Part shown: positions 1-7,528 of the stretch, one piece after another | How the letters are laid out: the number at the start of each line of letters is the position of its first letter | Position numbering within the stretch: the stretch's first letter is position 1 | Origin: a virus | Taxonomy: Duplodnaviria > Caudoviricetes | Virus record (IMG/VR): IMGVR_UViG_3300022852_000105 | Location: 1 to 30,683 of that record | Length of the DNA: 30,683 bases | Strand: one strand, 5' to 3' | Position numbers and translations under genes: made by a program | The notes under the pieces: model-generated | What the model was told of the DNA's origin: nothing | Databases searched by the model: none | The model's input: the letters and a program-made list of their open reading frames with translations, nothing else

Positions 1-242
1 GCGTGCTGCTCGCGATCGCCCGCATCTCCGGCGAAACCGCGCCGCTGCTGTTCACCGCGCTGTCGAATCAGTTCATGTCGCTGAACATGAACGGCCCGAT
101 GGCCAACCTGCCGGTCGTCATCTACCAATACGCCGCCAGCCCCTTCAAGGACTGGAACAACCTGGCCTGGGCCGGCGCCACGCTGATCACGCTGCTGGTG
201 TTGGGCATCAACATCATCGCCCGCAACCTGTTCCGCAAGTAA
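1..242 (+). CDS. pstA: Phosphate ABC transporter permease PstA, 3' part (truncated by window edge)
   Basis: [16 protein letters not shown]...[20 protein letters not shown] is the PstA C-terminus; lies directly upstream of pstB. Confidence 0.93.
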   Translation, partial: VLLAIARISGETAPLLFTALSNQFMSLNMNGPMANLPVVIYQYAASPFKDWNNLAWAGATLITLLVLGINIIARNLFRK

Positions 243-291
243 AGATCGCTTTGCCGGCGCGCTGGACGCGCCGACAGCCAAGGGAAACCCA

Positions 292-1068
292 ATGGAAAAC
301 ACCGCTACCGCAGTCAAGAACAAGCTCGAGGTCAAGGACCTGAACTTCTACTACGGCAAGTTCCACGCGATTCGCAACGTGAACATGTCGATCCAGGAGA
401 AAAAGGTCACCGCCTTCATCGGCCCGTCGGGCTGCGGCAAATCGACGCTGCTGCGCACGTTCAACCGCATGTTCGAGCTGTATCCCGGCCAGCGCGCCGA
501 GGGCGAAATCCTGCTGGACGGCGAAAACCTGCTGACGGCCAAGACCGACATCTCGCTGATCCGCGCCAAGATCGGCATGGTCTTCCAGAAGCCCACGCCG
601 TTCCCCATGAGCATCTACGACAACATCGCCTTCGGCGTGCGTCTGTTCGAACGCCTGTCCAAGGGCGAGATGGACGAGCGCGTGGAATGGGCGCTGAGCA
701 AGGCTGCGCTGTGGAACGAAGTGAAAGACAAGCTGCACCAGAGCGGCAACAGCCTGTCCGGCGGCCAGCAACAGCGTCTGTGCATCGCCCGCGGCGTGGC
801 GATCAAGCCGGAAGTGCTGCTGCTGGATGAGCCGTGCTCCGCGCTGGATCCCATCTCCACCGCCAAGATCGAAGAGCTGATTGCTGAACTGAAGAACGAC
901 TACACGGTCGTCATCGTGACGCACAACATGCAGCAGGCTGCGCGTTGCTCGGATTACACGGCTTATATGTATCTGGGTGAGCTGATGGAGTTTGGGCAGA
1001 CTGACCAGATCTTCGTGAAGCCTTCGCGCAAGGAAACCGAGGACTACATTACGGGTCGTTTTGGTTGA
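292..1068 (+). CDS. pstB: Phosphate ABC transporter ATP-binding protein PstB
   Basis: Walker [10 protein letters not shown], signature [13 protein letters not shown], Walker [23 protein letters not shown] and C-terminal [10 protein letters not shown] typical of PstB. Confidence 0.97.
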   Translation: MENTATAVKNKLEVKDLNFYYGKFHAIRNVNMSIQEKKVTAFIGPSGCGKSTLLRTFNRMFELYPGQRAEGEILLDGENLLTAKTDISLIRAKIGMVFQKPTPFPMSIYDNIAFGVRLFERLSKGEMDERVEWALSKAALWNEVKDKLHQSGNSLSGGQQQRLCIARGVAIKPEVLLLDEPCSALDPISTAKIEELIAELKNDYTVVIVTHNMQQAARCSDYTAYMYLGELMEFGQTDQIFVKPSRKETEDYITGRFG

Positions 1069-1094
1069 ACGCGATTTGTCCTGCAGTGCCGGAA

Positions 1095-1121
1095 GCGGCG
1101 CGCCTGTGGCGCGCCGTTTTT
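1095..1121 (+). terminator. Intrinsic terminator of the pst operon
   Basis: CGGCGCGCC-TGT-GGCGCGCCG hairpin followed by TTTTT, ~27 nt after the pstB stop. Confidence 0.75.
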
Positions 1122-1286
1122 CATTTCGGTGGTGCTGGACGAGTCATTTCCGCTACCGGGCCGGGCTGCGGTTGTTTCGTTTGCTGTTCGGCGCCGGTGG
1201 TCTGTCCAAGTAGCGGATTTTGTTACGCGAACGGGAGGCGGGCCCACGGCCGTTGGGAGTTGCTTTCTGGTATAGTTGCCACCCTT

Positions 1287-1363
1287 CGGGGCGTAGCGCA
1301 GCCTGGTAGCGCATCTGCTTTGGGAGCAGAGGGTCGTGAGTTCGAATCCCACCGCCCCGACCA
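1287..1363 (+). tRNA. tRNA-Pro(TGG); probable prophage integration target
   Basis: 77-nt cloverleaf: acceptor CGGGGCG/CGCCCCG, anticodon arm TCTGC-TTTGGGA-GCAGA, T-loop TTCGAAT, encoded CCA; extended -10-like TGGTATAGT at 1268-1276. Confidence 0.97.
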
Positions 1364-1370
1364 ATAAATT

Positions 1371-1410
1371 AAAGGCCGTTAGTGATAGGGTTCACTAACG
1401 GCCTTTTCTA
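1371..1410 (+). terminator. Terminator hairpin after tRNA-Pro
   Basis: 15-bp perfect inverted repeat AAAGGCCGTTAGTGA / TCACTAACGGCCTTT followed by T-rich sequence. Confidence 0.8.
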
Positions 1411-1420
1411 TTTCCGCTCC

Positions 1421-1444
1421 ATGGGGCAACTGATGGGGCAACTG
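1421..1444 (+). repeat. Tandem 12-bp direct repeat, probable integrase arm-type binding sites
   Basis: ATGGGGCAACTG x2 (1421-1432, 1433-1444), ~60 bp from the tRNA 3' end, the usual place for tyrosine-integrase arm sites. Confidence 0.6.
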
Positions 1445-1585
1445 AGTTTTCCGCTGTGCGGACGATGAGGAGCGGCGGAGGTTGCATAATTAGCGACCTG
1501 TGCGGCCGCAAGCAGCCGCTGCCCAGGGTGAGGCGACCAGCACAACCTGTTATTCTCGCTTACTAATTACAACGAAGAGGCGGCG

Positions 1586-2875
1586 ATGACTTGCGAAATT
1601 ATTGTGGCAAACCGCTTGGGTATCGCGTTGGCTGCCGACAGCGCGGTGACGTTCAGCGGTTCGAATGGGAATACATACGCGTCGGGCGCGAACAAAATTT
1701 TCCAGCTCGCATCGTCTGAACCCGTGGCCATCATGATTTACAACGGCGCTTCGCTAAACACGATTCCATGGGAAATCCTGATAAAAGCGTACCGCCGAAA
1801 GCTGGGTAAAGACAGCTTCGATACTCTGAGCGAGTATCGCGACGATCTGCTTGGATTTTTGAACGATCAAGACAATCCCGCGATTCATTCAGAAGTTCGG
1901 AAGGTGGACGCTAAGGCGGCGTACGGGGTCTGCGGAGGCTTTCTTTACAACTTAATTCAGGAAAAAGCGCCCGATATCTTCGACCCTACGACGCCTGGCC
2001 ACACTTGGCTACCAGCGTACAACGCGGTATCTGCGGAGATTGACGCGGACTTGGCAGCGACCGACGTGCTTCCTTGCTTGGAAGCAGCAGATCTTACGTT
2101 AGCGTTGGTTGAAGAAAAGATCGGCTTATCGCTACAGATTTCGTCGTTCGTGGCCCACAAGGTCCCACACCTCGTTGGTGTTATTGATCCAGATAAGCTA
2201 GCCGCTCAAGCAATTGAAACGGCATTCAAGCATGGCTCGGAAATTCTGGAATCACGATATACGGGCCTAGTCATCGCTGGATTTGGGAATAGCGACTACC
2301 TACCGAGCTTCCTGAGCCTGCACTGCCACGGCTTTGTGGGAAGGCGGGTCCTTTGGAAGGCGGAAGCCCAAGGAGATATCAACCATGGGATCACAGCGTC
2401 ACTGATTCAAGGTTTTGCCAGACAAACGATGATCGAGACGTTCACCCTCGGGGCCAGTCCAGAGATTTGGCAAAGCATCGGCAGTGCGTTCCGGAAGCAC
2501 GCGGCCCAGGCGTGCTTTAACGCAGCCCAGAATGCCAATGTCGCTGTGACCGCCGTCGATGTACTTAAAGCCGTAGACGATGTTGCTGACGCATTCAACC
2601 AACAATGGACCTACACCACCATCGAGGCTCATCTACAACCTTTGCGCGCCATTGTTGCTGGATTGGCACTTGAAGAACTGGCTGAACTAGCGGAAAATTT
2701 GGTGATGCTCGAGTCTCTGAAAGAGAAAGTTACGAGCAGAACGCAATCCGTGGGCGGCCCTATCGACCTTGCAGTTATTACAAAGGAAGAAGGGTTGGTC
2801 TGGATCAAGCGTAAGCACTATTTCGACCCATCTTTGAATCTGCGATACGTACAACGGCTGCAGCAAGCGAACTGA
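1586..2875 (+). CDS. Proteasome beta-subunit-like (Ntn-hydrolase fold) protein with large insertions, 429 aa; prophage cargo
   Basis: After Met removal: Thr1, GIALAAD17S, K36IF, internal GLVIAGFG strand, C-terminal SVGGPIDLAVITK, all matching 20S-beta/HslV motifs; visibly more AT-rich than flanks. Confidence 0.75.
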   Translation: MTCEIIVANRLGIALAADSAVTFSGSNGNTYASGANKIFQLASSEPVAIMIYNGASLNTIPWEILIKAYRRKLGKDSFDTLSEYRDDLLGFLNDQDNPAIHSEVRKVDAKAAYGVCGGFLYNLIQEKAPDIFDPTTPGHTWLPAYNAVSAEIDADLAATDVLPCLEAADLTLALVEEKIGLSLQISSFVAHKVPHLVGVIDPDKLAAQAIETAFKHGSEILESRYTGLVIAGFGNSDYLPSFLSLHCHGFVGRRVLWKAEAQGDINHGITASLIQGFARQTMIETFTLGASPEIWQSIGSAFRKHAAQACFNAAQNANVAVTAVDVLKAVDDVADAFNQQWTYTTIEAHLQPLRAIVAGLALEELAELAENLVMLESLKEKVTSRTQSVGGPIDLAVITKEEGLVWIKRKHYFDPSLNLRYVQRLQQAN

Positions 2876-2885
2876 CGAGGACCAC

Positions 2886-3110
2886 ATGAGCACAAACTTC
2901 ATCGTTAGCAATGCGCCCCGGTCTGACCGACCCCTTCCAAATTTTGGATCGGCAGTTTCTGTTGTGACTCACGATGAGAGCCGGTCTCCTTCCAACATCT
3001 CTGAGAAGGATATGCGAGCTTATCTTAATCAGCGGCGACAGTTCGAGAAGATGGAGCAGTTCGCACAGGAAGCAAGAGGGATGTTCTTCGCACCCCCGCC
3101 GGCCAAGTAG
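2886..3110 (+). CDS. Small hypothetical protein (74 aa), probably co-transcribed with the proteasome-like gene
   Basis: GAGGA RBS, starts 10 nt after the upstream stop, followed by a terminator. Confidence 0.65.
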   Translation: MSTNFIVSNAPRSDRPLPNFGSAVSVVTHDESRSPSNISEKDMRAYLNQRRQFEKMEQFAQEARGMFFAPPPAK

Positions 3111-3127
3111 TTCGGACGTGCGAAATG

Positions 3128-3150
3128 AGCCACCTTTGGGTGGCTTTTTT
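3128..3150 (+). terminator. Intrinsic terminator closing the 1586-3110 operon
   Basis: AGCCACC-TTTG-GGTGGCT then T run. Confidence 0.8.
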
Positions 3151-3338
3151 ATTGGCCTGTTCCTCCTGTATAGCCGAAGCGCCAGCTATGCTTCTCAGTC
3201 CGGACTAATCAATCTTAGCCTTACATTCTCGATCTGGATGCTCCATCCCGTTGGAGCAGCACTCGAAACACTCGCAGGCGTTCGCTGTGAACGGAGCAGT
3301 TCACCGCCCACGTAGCTGCAACCGTGGTGGCGCTAGAG

Positions 3339-3812
3339 CTACTTGAGCAACACCGCATCATGCACCCATTGATGAGTAGACGCTGAGTCCGGCGATATTC
3401 TTACCCATTGACCGTGCGTCCGATGGATTGGAACCACGGTGCCGGCTCTGATATGAGCAACTACGGGGGCTTCAAACGCTGGCCATTCGAAGGCCGCGCC
3501 GTCCACCCGCATGGTGCGTATGGCTTGTGATGAACCTGCAGGTAGATTGCTGATCACCGGGGGCGCCGCTACCGCCGGCGCAATAGTAGATTTCGGCGGT
3601 GTAGAGATTTGGGGCGCGGGTGCGGGGGGAGTTGAGCGTGGGGTGGTGTAAGAGGTGCTACCGCCAGATCCGACGCGGCAGGTTTTGCTCCATGAGATGC
3701 AAGAGTTTCCGCATGGTTGCCCAGTCTTGCAGTTCTTGGCCTGCGCACCGGGGGTTAATCCTAGACAGATTAAAGCTAGAACTGCGTGGGCCAGCCGCTT
3801 TGGTATTGTCAC
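3339..3812 (-). CDS. Exported protein: signal peptide, 4-Cys mini-domain, P/S/T linker, C-terminal SH3-like domain
   Basis: Signal peptide ending AQA; CKTGQPCGNSCISWSKTC; C-terminal P....PVVAHIRAGTVVPI....GQWVRI.......WVH resembles bacterial SH3; GAGGAGG RBS before GTG. Confidence 0.7.
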   Translation of the reverse strand: MTIPKRLAHAVLALICLGLTPGAQAKNCKTGQPCGNSCISWSKTCRVGSGGSTSYTTPRSTPPAPAPQISTPPKSTIAPAVAAPPVISNLPAGSSQAIRTMRVDGAAFEWPAFEAPVVAHIRAGTVVPIHRTHGQWVRISPDSASTHQWVHDAVLLK

Positions 3813-3868
3813 AGTCGTTACCCTCCTCTGTAACGAATTATGCCGTATAGGCCGGCTGGCCCACAGGT

Positions 3869-4087
3869 TTAAGCAGGGGGACTTCTGTGCTGCTTAATTT
3901 GCCGTTGGACCCACGCTTGCACCTCAGACTCGATCCAGAGCGACGTCCGTCCGTTCTTGATGCATGCGGGGAATGCTCCGGCCTTGATCTGTTCGTAGAT
4001 CTTGGTCTTGCCCATGCCCACCCGCGCTTTCACCGCAGGCAAGGGCAGCAGGCTTTCTCCTTGGTCGTGTACGTCGGGTTGTTTCAC
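3869..4087 (-). CDS. alpA: AlpA-family DNA-binding protein / probable excisionase (72 aa, GTG start)
   Basis: LLPLPAVKARVGMGKTKIYEQIKAGAFP....GRTSLWIESEVQAW is the AlpA motif; GTGA overlap with the upstream stop. Confidence 0.88.
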   Translation of the reverse strand: MKQPDVHDQGESLLPLPAVKARVGMGKTKIYEQIKAGAFPACIKNGRTSLWIESEVQAWVQRQIKQHRSPPA

Positions 4088-4833
4088 GCAGCCTCCTCTT
4101 GCGCGCTGCGCAGCTTGAAGCGGTCCGCGATCATCGGGTGCGAGGCGAACCAGGCGGTCTCCTGCGTGCACTCGCCCACGAACTGCTTGAACACGCGCGT
4201 TACGTCGGCGACAGCCCAAACTTCGTAGTGGGAGCCCTCCGCGCTTTCGTGGTTGTTACGGACCATGCCGTGTACCTTCAGGCTCAACGGCAGTTCACGC
4301 ATGACAGTGTCCACGACCCAGGCTGGCAAGCCATAGCGCTGGTTCATGCGGGTGCGGATCTTGGTGATCGGCTCGCAGTTCTGCGGGCAGTGATCCCACA
4401 CGCGTGACTCGGCGAGTTGGCCAACTTGCTGGCGGACATGCGAGACTGCCTGCTCCGTCTGCTCCAGACGGCGCTGATGGTCCACCATGAGCTGTGCCTG
4501 CGCAAGCAGCATCTCGGCGGGACTGAGCGCTTTGGGAGGTGCGCCGGCTTCCAGGGCCTGCCAGCGGTCTACCAGGCGCGCCGTGAACTCGGGCGAAAGC
4601 TGCGCAACGACGATGATGCTGTCTCGCTTTCCCTTCTCGCCGGAGAACACGAACTCCGCGGCCGGTCGTCCTCCGGTAGATGACTTTTCCACCAACGGTG
4701 GGAAAGTGATAACTCCCTGATTCGAAAGACGCTCGATCGTGCGCTTAACACTATCGTGGCGGGATTCGACCAGATCCGCGATTTCTTGGCTCGTCATGGT
4801 GGCGGAAACGCCGCCGTTGATCATTGCGTTCAT
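4084..4833 (-). CDS. Rha-family phage regulatory / antirepressor-like protein (249 aa)
   Basis: TMTSQEIADLVESRHDSVKRTIERL...KRDSIIVVAQLSPEFTARLVDRWQALE is the Rha N-terminal domain; start reassigned to the ATG overlapping the upstream stop. Confidence 0.85.
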   Translation of the reverse strand: MNAMINGGVSATMTSQEIADLVESRHDSVKRTIERLSNQGVITFPPLVEKSSTGGRPAAEFVFSGEKGKRDSIIVVAQLSPEFTARLVDRWQALEAGAPPKALSPAEMLLAQAQLMVDHQRRLEQTEQAVSHVRQQVGQLAESRVWDHCPQNCEPITKIRTRMNQRYGLPAWVVDTVMRELPLSLKVHGMVRNNHESAEGSHYEVWAVADVTRVFKQFVGECTQETAWFASHPMIADRFKLRSAQEEAA

Positions 4834-5108
4834 TGATGTGCCTCCGTGACGGGGGCGCGCCCCGCAGTGTTCAGTAGGTTGCGCGCCGCGGTGGCGCTGG
4901 CTTTCAGGTGCGGATCTGCCGATGCCTCGAGGATGCACGTTGTAATCTCGAGCGCACTGGCCAGGGTTGCGCAGCGTTCGCGCATGGAGGCTGCGTCGCC
5001 CTTTACCTCTGAAAGTTCGGCCGTGGCCTTTTCGTACAAGCGGATGTACAGGGCGCGGCCGCGCACGGCAGCCGCCAGTTGTTCGGTTGGGTTGCGAGGC
5101 TTGCTCAT
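4830..5108 (-). CDS. Hypothetical phage early protein (92 aa, helical)
   Basis: MSKPRNPTEQ...; ATGA overlaps at both ends, GGAGG RBS. Confidence 0.65.
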   Translation of the reverse strand: MSKPRNPTEQLAAAVRGRALYIRLYEKATAELSEVKGDAASMRERCATLASALEITTCILEASADPHLKASATAARNLLNTAGRAPVTEAHQ

Positions 5109-5359
5109 GCGCGATCCTCCTGCGTGCGGCTTTCGATGCCAAAGCCAAGGCTGCGGCGCAGGCTGTACCAGTGAGCGTGGTCTTCGTTGAGGTGGCCAGC
5201 CAGTGCGAGGAGGGTTTTGACATCGGGGGTGACATCCAAGCCTTCCACTGCATCTGCCAGCACGGAAAGCAACGCGCGAAGGCGCTCTTTCTGTTCTTCC
5301 ATGGCCTCCAGGTAGAGGCGCGCTTCGCCAAGATTGGGGCGTTGATGTGCTGTGGTCAT
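5105..5359 (-). CDS. Hypothetical phage early protein (84 aa)
   Basis: MTTAHQRPNL...; ATGA overlaps at both ends. Confidence 0.65.
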   Translation of the reverse strand: MTTAHQRPNLGEARLYLEAMEEQKERLRALLSVLADAVEGLDVTPDVKTLLALAGHLNEDHAHWYSLRRSLGFGIESRTQEDRA

Positions 5360-5607
5360 TGCTTTGCCCCTTGAGGCTTGCCAAGGAGGGGGCGGAACAG
5401 ATCGGCCCAATCTTGTGTCTGTTCGGCTACTTCGCCAGAAATGTGGATGCCGATCTCGGCCATGTCGAGGGTGTTCAACATATCGTCAAGGCCGGACTGG
5501 CGAGCATGAGCGATCACATGAAAAAGGGAGCCTGTACGGCGCAGCGCTTCAGCGGCGCGGTCCAGGGCCTCGCACGCCTCTTTGATCGTCACAGTAGGGG
5601 CGGTCAT
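5356..5607 (-). CDS. Hypothetical phage early protein (83 aa)
   Basis: MTAPTVTIKE...; ATGA coupling, GGAGG RBS. Confidence 0.65.
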   Translation of the reverse strand: MTAPTVTIKEACEALDRAAEALRRTGSLFHVIAHARQSGLDDMLNTLDMAEIGIHISGEVAEQTQDWADLFRPLLGKPQGAKQ

Positions 5608-5942
5608 GCCATACCTCCTGCCGCGAAAGCCGTCTCGCATTCGAGGCTTTCGGGAGTGGCGCGCAGTGGCATGAGGGTCGCATCCGCGCAGGCCATACGG
5701 TTCGTCACGAGGGGCGCGCCTTCGCGGTAAGTGACATCTGGCGCGCCCTGGAAGTCCACCACCCAGTCACGCCGTTGGACTTCGGCGAGGTCGTCGGGAT
5801 GAGCGAGAGCGGCGGCCGCCGCGCTGGTCGTGCTGCAGATAACGACGCCGATGCGCCCCAAGCGAGCCGCGTTCTTGCTTCGAACCAGCATCACAAGGTC
5901 GCCGACTTGGCATCGACGGGTGGATAAAGATGCTGTAGTCAT
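5604..5942 (-). CDS. Hypothetical phage early protein (112 aa; KOW/SH3-like CQVGDLVMLV start)
   Basis: ATGA coupling on both sides within the leftward operon. Confidence 0.65.
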   Translation of the reverse strand: MTTASLSTRRCQVGDLVMLVRSKNAARLGRIGVVICSTTSAAAAALAHPDDLAEVQRRDWVVDFQGAPDVTYREGAPLVTNRMACADATLMPLRATPESLECETAFAAGGMA

Positions 5943-6346
5943 GCTTGGGCCCCCTCGTCATCTTGGGTTTGCGCCCAGCGATCTTGTTCTTCGTGCGACA
6001 TGGCACACAGCTGAACATCCTCGCGCAGGTTCTGACGTCCGGCGACGGGAATGCCGATGACCTGGAAGCTCACAAGCAGGGCGCCGATGGCGTCGAGGAA
6101 GTCGGGGCGAGCCGCGCTGGGAATCGCTTCGAAAGCTCGGCGCAGGGCGGAAGGGAAGAGGTAGCCTTCGGCAGCATTCGCTGCGGCGCAGAAGGCTATG
6201 TGCCAGTGCTCCGCAGCACGGTAGCCGTCAGCAACAAAAGGGAAGGTGCGCGTTGACGAAATGTTGACGGTCAACGAAGGTTTTGTTACTGTGAGAGGAT
6301 GAAACTTCCCCTCCGCGCCTTGCGGGCGGATATCAACATTGGACAT
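5939..6346 (-). CDS. Hypothetical protein, first gene of the leftward (pL) operon (135 aa)
   Basis: GGAGG RBS, downstream of pL, stop overlaps the next start. Confidence 0.65.
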   Translation of the reverse strand: MSNVDIRPQGAEGKFHPLTVTKPSLTVNISSTRTFPFVADGYRAAEHWHIAFCAAANAAEGYLFPSALRRAFEAIPSAARPDFLDAIGALLVSFQVIGIPVAGRQNLREDVQLCAMSHEEQDRWAQTQDDEGAQA

Positions 6347-6403
6347 AGGATCCCTCCGAAAGTCCGATTGAGGTCAGCGGGTACCAGCCGCTGTACTTCT
6401 TTG

Positions 6404-6425
6404 AAGCCCCGGTTTACCGGGGCTT
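6404..6425. terminator. Strong hairpin in the pL leader (terminator/attenuator-like)
   Basis: AAGCCCCGG-TTTA-CCGGGGCTT perfect inverted repeat; second hairpin CAGCGG/CCGCTG at 6375-6393. Confidence 0.55.
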
Positions 6426-6466
6426 TGCTTTGTCCGCTCCTGAACGAAATTCAGGGAGGATGCGAA

Positions 6467-6508
6467 ATTATCAGCTTTCTTATAATTGGAGTCAACCAGA
6501 AGGCTGAT
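6467..6508 (-). promoter_or_regulatory. pL promoter with two 14-bp operator-like sites
   Basis: Minus strand TTGACT (6495-6490)-17 bp-GATAAT (6472-6467); ATCAG-CTTT-CTTAT at 6470-6483 and ACCAG-AAGG-CTGAT at 6495-6508. Confidence 0.8.
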
Positions 6509-6622
6509 TTTTTCGGCCGCGAATCGGTGCTATAGAAGGTCGCTGTGTCGATTAGTTTGCTCATGGAAGAAGTGTCGCTCAACCATGGGTCACCCTCGCA
6601 AGACTGCCTTGCTCCCTCAGTT

Positions 6623-7519
6623 TCAGGGACGGGTGGAGGGAGGGGAAGCGCTACGGTTGGCTATCCGGCCGTCTTTGCGGAGACGTTCCCACGCAAAGTC
6701 GAAAACTTTTTTCGTGAATTCTGTGCCAATGGCATCGCGTGCGGCTGCTTTCGCGCCTGGAGCGGACGGGGAAGAGGGCGGAATTGCCAAGGGGTCGAAG
6801 CCCAATTCGCGCAAAGTAGAAAGAATCAGTTCTTCTTGGTATTCCTGACGCGACACTGGCCTGGTTGGACCAGACTCGGCCAGTGCGGCGGCTTGCTCGA
6901 GGTGCCTGCGCCCAAGCAGTTCAGTTGCGACCGAGCTGTCTTTAGCTGGATCGGGAGAATGGGCGATTGCACGCTCTTCAATGCGCTGTAGGTCATCGGC
7001 GAGGAGTAATAGTTCTGGCCCGTCGGCGTGCAGGTGAAGGGGTGAGAGCTCGTTTCCCCCGTTTGGTGAAGCTGTGAGTACTTGGAACAGCAAGCCGCTG
7101 GCGTTGCTCACCACGACGCAGGGAGTGATGGCAATTTGCCCGTCAGATTCATAAGCTGCGCCGCTGAAGGTGAGGCCATCCCGGCCCAGCGCCGGAGAAA
7201 AGCCAACGAGGCGCGTCGCTGCGGTGACCGAGACATATTCGACGGGCATCGTACCGTGCAAATACTCAATGCCTACACCTGCCGACACGAAATGGTGCTG
7301 CACTTGTTTGGCTAGGGCGTTACCCGGCCAGGCGCACGCTCTTATCACCTGCCGAAGAGGCGCGACTCCTCCAGCCGGGCGAAAATGCACGGGAATCTGC
7401 CCCTCAGCAAGAACACATAAAAAGTCATCAACGTGTACGGCTTCATCCAACCGGTGCGTCAATCGCCTTAGAGCGTCCCCAAGGGTGTACCAAGTTCTGA
7501 GGCTGTGTAATCTGCTCAC
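6623..7519 (-). CDS. Hypothetical protein (298 aa) directly downstream of cI (rex-like position)
   Basis: Long ORF starting 9 nt after the cI stop; HTH-like N-terminus (WYTLGDALRRLT) and small helical C-terminal domain. Confidence 0.7.
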   Translation of the reverse strand: MSRLHSLRTWYTLGDALRRLTHRLDEAVHVDDFLCVLAEGQIPVHFRPAGGVAPLRQVIRACAWPGNALAKQVQHHFVSAGVGIEYLHGTMPVEYVSVTAATRLVGFSPALGRDGLTFSGAAYESDGQIAITPCVVVSNASGLLFQVLTASPNGGNELSPLHLHADGPELLLLADDLQRIEERAIAHSPDPAKDSSVATELLGRRHLEQAAALAESGPTRPVSRQEYQEELILSTLRELGFDPLAIPPSSPSAPGAKAAARDAIGTEFTKKVFDFAWERLRKDGRIANRSASPPSTRP

Positions 7520-7528
7520 GGGACGCGA

